A program made the translations under genes and the position numbers. A stretch of DNA of 64,000 bases, taken from contig CAVWHO010000016.1 in the NCBI GenBank assembly GCA_963754875.1, positions 512,001 to 576,000 of the forward strand, given 5' to 3'. This stretch comes from Nitrospirota bacterium. Lineage in GTDB: Bacteria > Nitrospirota > UBA9217. This document shows positions 62,481 to 64,000 of the stretch, piece by piece (position 1 is the stretch's first letter; each line of letters opens with the position of its first letter). The notes under the pieces were generated by a model. That model worked only from the letters and a program-made list of their open reading frames with translations, had not been told where the DNA came from and searched no databases.

Positions 62481-63821
62481 TCACCGCAGGCAGTGGAAAA
62501 CCCCCATGCACCAAAGGCAGGCGCCGCAGGGTTCCATGTTCACGTAGCAATCCTGTTGGAACTCCTCGCCCTGGACATAATCGCAGAGGGCGAAACCGCA
62601 ATTGAAACAGTAGGGGTAATCGTATCCCGTGACGTTCTGCCGGAAAGTTTGGTAAGGCTGGGAGTTCCAAATCTCAAGCAACTCCCGCGTATGCAGATTG
62701 CCGAAGACCTTCGGCTTCACGAACTTTTCACGACCGTCAATGAAACAGTGGTAGCGGTGCCAGAGGAAATAACAGGGGTGCACGTTCCCGTCCCAGGAGA
62801 TGAAAGCTCCGCCCTCTTCCACAAATTCGCAGGTGCGTTCGTTCCGCGGCACTGCCTCGGGCAGTCTGATCTCGATGCCAGTCTCGGCCGCGATGGCGCG
62901 GGCCTCATCTAAAACCCGCGCCACCTCGCGTGCCCGGACATCGCCCATTTTGAAAAGATTGTCGAGATGCAGGAACACACCTTGAGAAAAGGCCTCGGCC
63001 TTCATTGCTTCTACAGCATCGCAGATTTTCCCTTCCTCCAGTGTTTTCCCGTATTTGAGGTAGACGGCAGGATAGCGGGAAATATCGATCCCTTCCTTAC
63101 GCGCCTTCTCCTTCCAGCTCCGGAAGAGGGCTACGGCCTTGTCCGTATTGGCGTCGAACAGCGTCTGGGAAATCATTGTTTCATGATAGGGAAGAAGATG
63201 GGTCACGATGGCGAAGGAAACACCGCGCTTCGCTGCCCAGCGCAGCACCTGAGGAAGCTCCTGCAGGTTGTCGCGCATTACCACGAACTCTACGCCGAGT
63301 TGGAAAGCTGAAGCGCGAGAACTTTTTTTTGCAGCCAGCAGTGCGGAAAAGGCCTGTTCGATGCGATCGAGATCGCCGCCACTTCGAAGTGCCCGATAGA
63401 CCTCGGGGTTGGCAGCATCCACGGATATGCAGATCTTGTCTAGTCCAGCCGCGACAAGGGACCGTGCGCGGTCATCATCGATGAGCAGGCCGTTGGACTG
63501 AAAGCCGACCCAGCTTCCGGGAGGCATTGCCCCCTTGGCGGTTCTGATGAACTCCTCCAAATGAGGATGCAGGAGTGGTTCGCCGATGCCGTTCAGGATC
63601 AAAGCATCGAGGTGGGGCAGCGCGGGTCGTATCCGTTCAAACAGCGCGGGAGCCATGAGACCTTCGGCTTCATCCTTGCCCCAGGCCTGTTTCACGCACA
63701 TGGGGCACGCAAGGTTGCACTGCGTCGCTGTCTCAACGTACAACTTGGCCGGAAAGGGACGCGTCGGAGCTTCAGCGCGCTGCTTTCGGATGGGGGGGGT
63801 TGACGGACTCGTTTTTACCAT
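62481..63821 (-). CDS. Radical SAM/SPASM protein, putative metalloenzyme maturase
   Basis: CNLACPMC, GIGEPL, CEFV..G.VHPCYFL, Cys-rich C-terminus CFNCGFALC..DC..PCGACLWC..C. Confidence 0.88.
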   Translation of the reverse strand: MVKTSPSTPPIRKQRAEAPTRPFPAKLYVETATQCNLACPMCVKQAWGKDEAEGLMAPALFERIRPALPHLDALILNGIGEPLLHPHLEEFIRTAKGAMPPGSWVGFQSNGLLIDDDRARSLVAAGLDKICISVDAANPEVYRALRSGGDLDRIEQAFSALLAAKKSSRASAFQLGVEFVVMRDNLQELPQVLRWAAKRGVSFAIVTHLLPYHETMISQTLFDANTDKAVALFRSWKEKARKEGIDISRYPAVYLKYGKTLEEGKICDAVEAMKAEAFSQGVFLHLDNLFKMGDVRAREVARVLDEARAIAAETGIEIRLPEAVPRNERTCEFVEEGGAFISWDGNVHPCYFLWHRYHCFIDGREKFVKPKVFGNLHTRELLEIWNSQPYQTFRQNVTGYDYPYCFNCGFALCDYVQGEEFQQDCYVNMEPCGACLWCMGVFHCLR

Positions 63822-64000
63822 GACCTATAACACCGGGGTAGCTGAGGGATTTTCTTACTTCACCAAGGACAGATCATTATCACGCAGAGGCAGAAGATAG
63901 TCAAGGTGAAGATGCCCATGCATAACAGGAATGCCCCGGCACTGATCGGAGGAATATTCCTCCGTCCCGTAAGCTACTCTCACGGTACTGTTCAAAGCAG

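Noticed and set aside
1..64000. CRISPR array, tRNA, rRNA, prophage or defence system
   Set aside because: No repeat-spacer periodicity, cloverleaf, or phage/defence motifs were seen by eye; a tool-based scan could still find small RNAs.

Overview
Bacterial chromosomal window, mostly GC-rich with visibly AT-richer stretches at about 13.3-14.0 kb and 17.4-21.7 kb. It comes from an anaerobic, diderm dissimilatory sulfur metaboliser; Nitrospirota/Desulfobacterota-like is an inference from gene content. The centrepiece is a co-oriented minus-strand cluster adk-sat-aprB-aprA-qmoA-qmoB-qmoC-CBS-hppA. Also present: kdpD(partial)-kdpE followed by a KimA-like K+ transporter with a sigma54-type promoter; envelope-modification genes; a sigma28-type promoter ahead of a small protein, a PhnD-like binding protein and a hybrid kinase; a cobalamin riboswitch ahead of a Cys-rich protein and an MFS transporter; PPi-type PFK; moaAC; guaA; a ChrB-domain/MFS pair; and a radical SAM/SPASM-aor-moaD cluster. 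Two insertion sequences have resolvable ends and A8 slippery sites (an IS6-like element in the lysR promoter region and an IS630 element). No rRNA, tRNA or CRISPR array was seen. All product calls rest on motif recognition only, with no database searches. I found no unambiguously new system; the best candidates are the B12-riboswitch/MFS unit, the KdpDE-KimA-sigma54 locus, the CBS/HppA/Adk extension of the sat-apr-qmo cluster and the rSAM-AOR-MoaD maturation unit.
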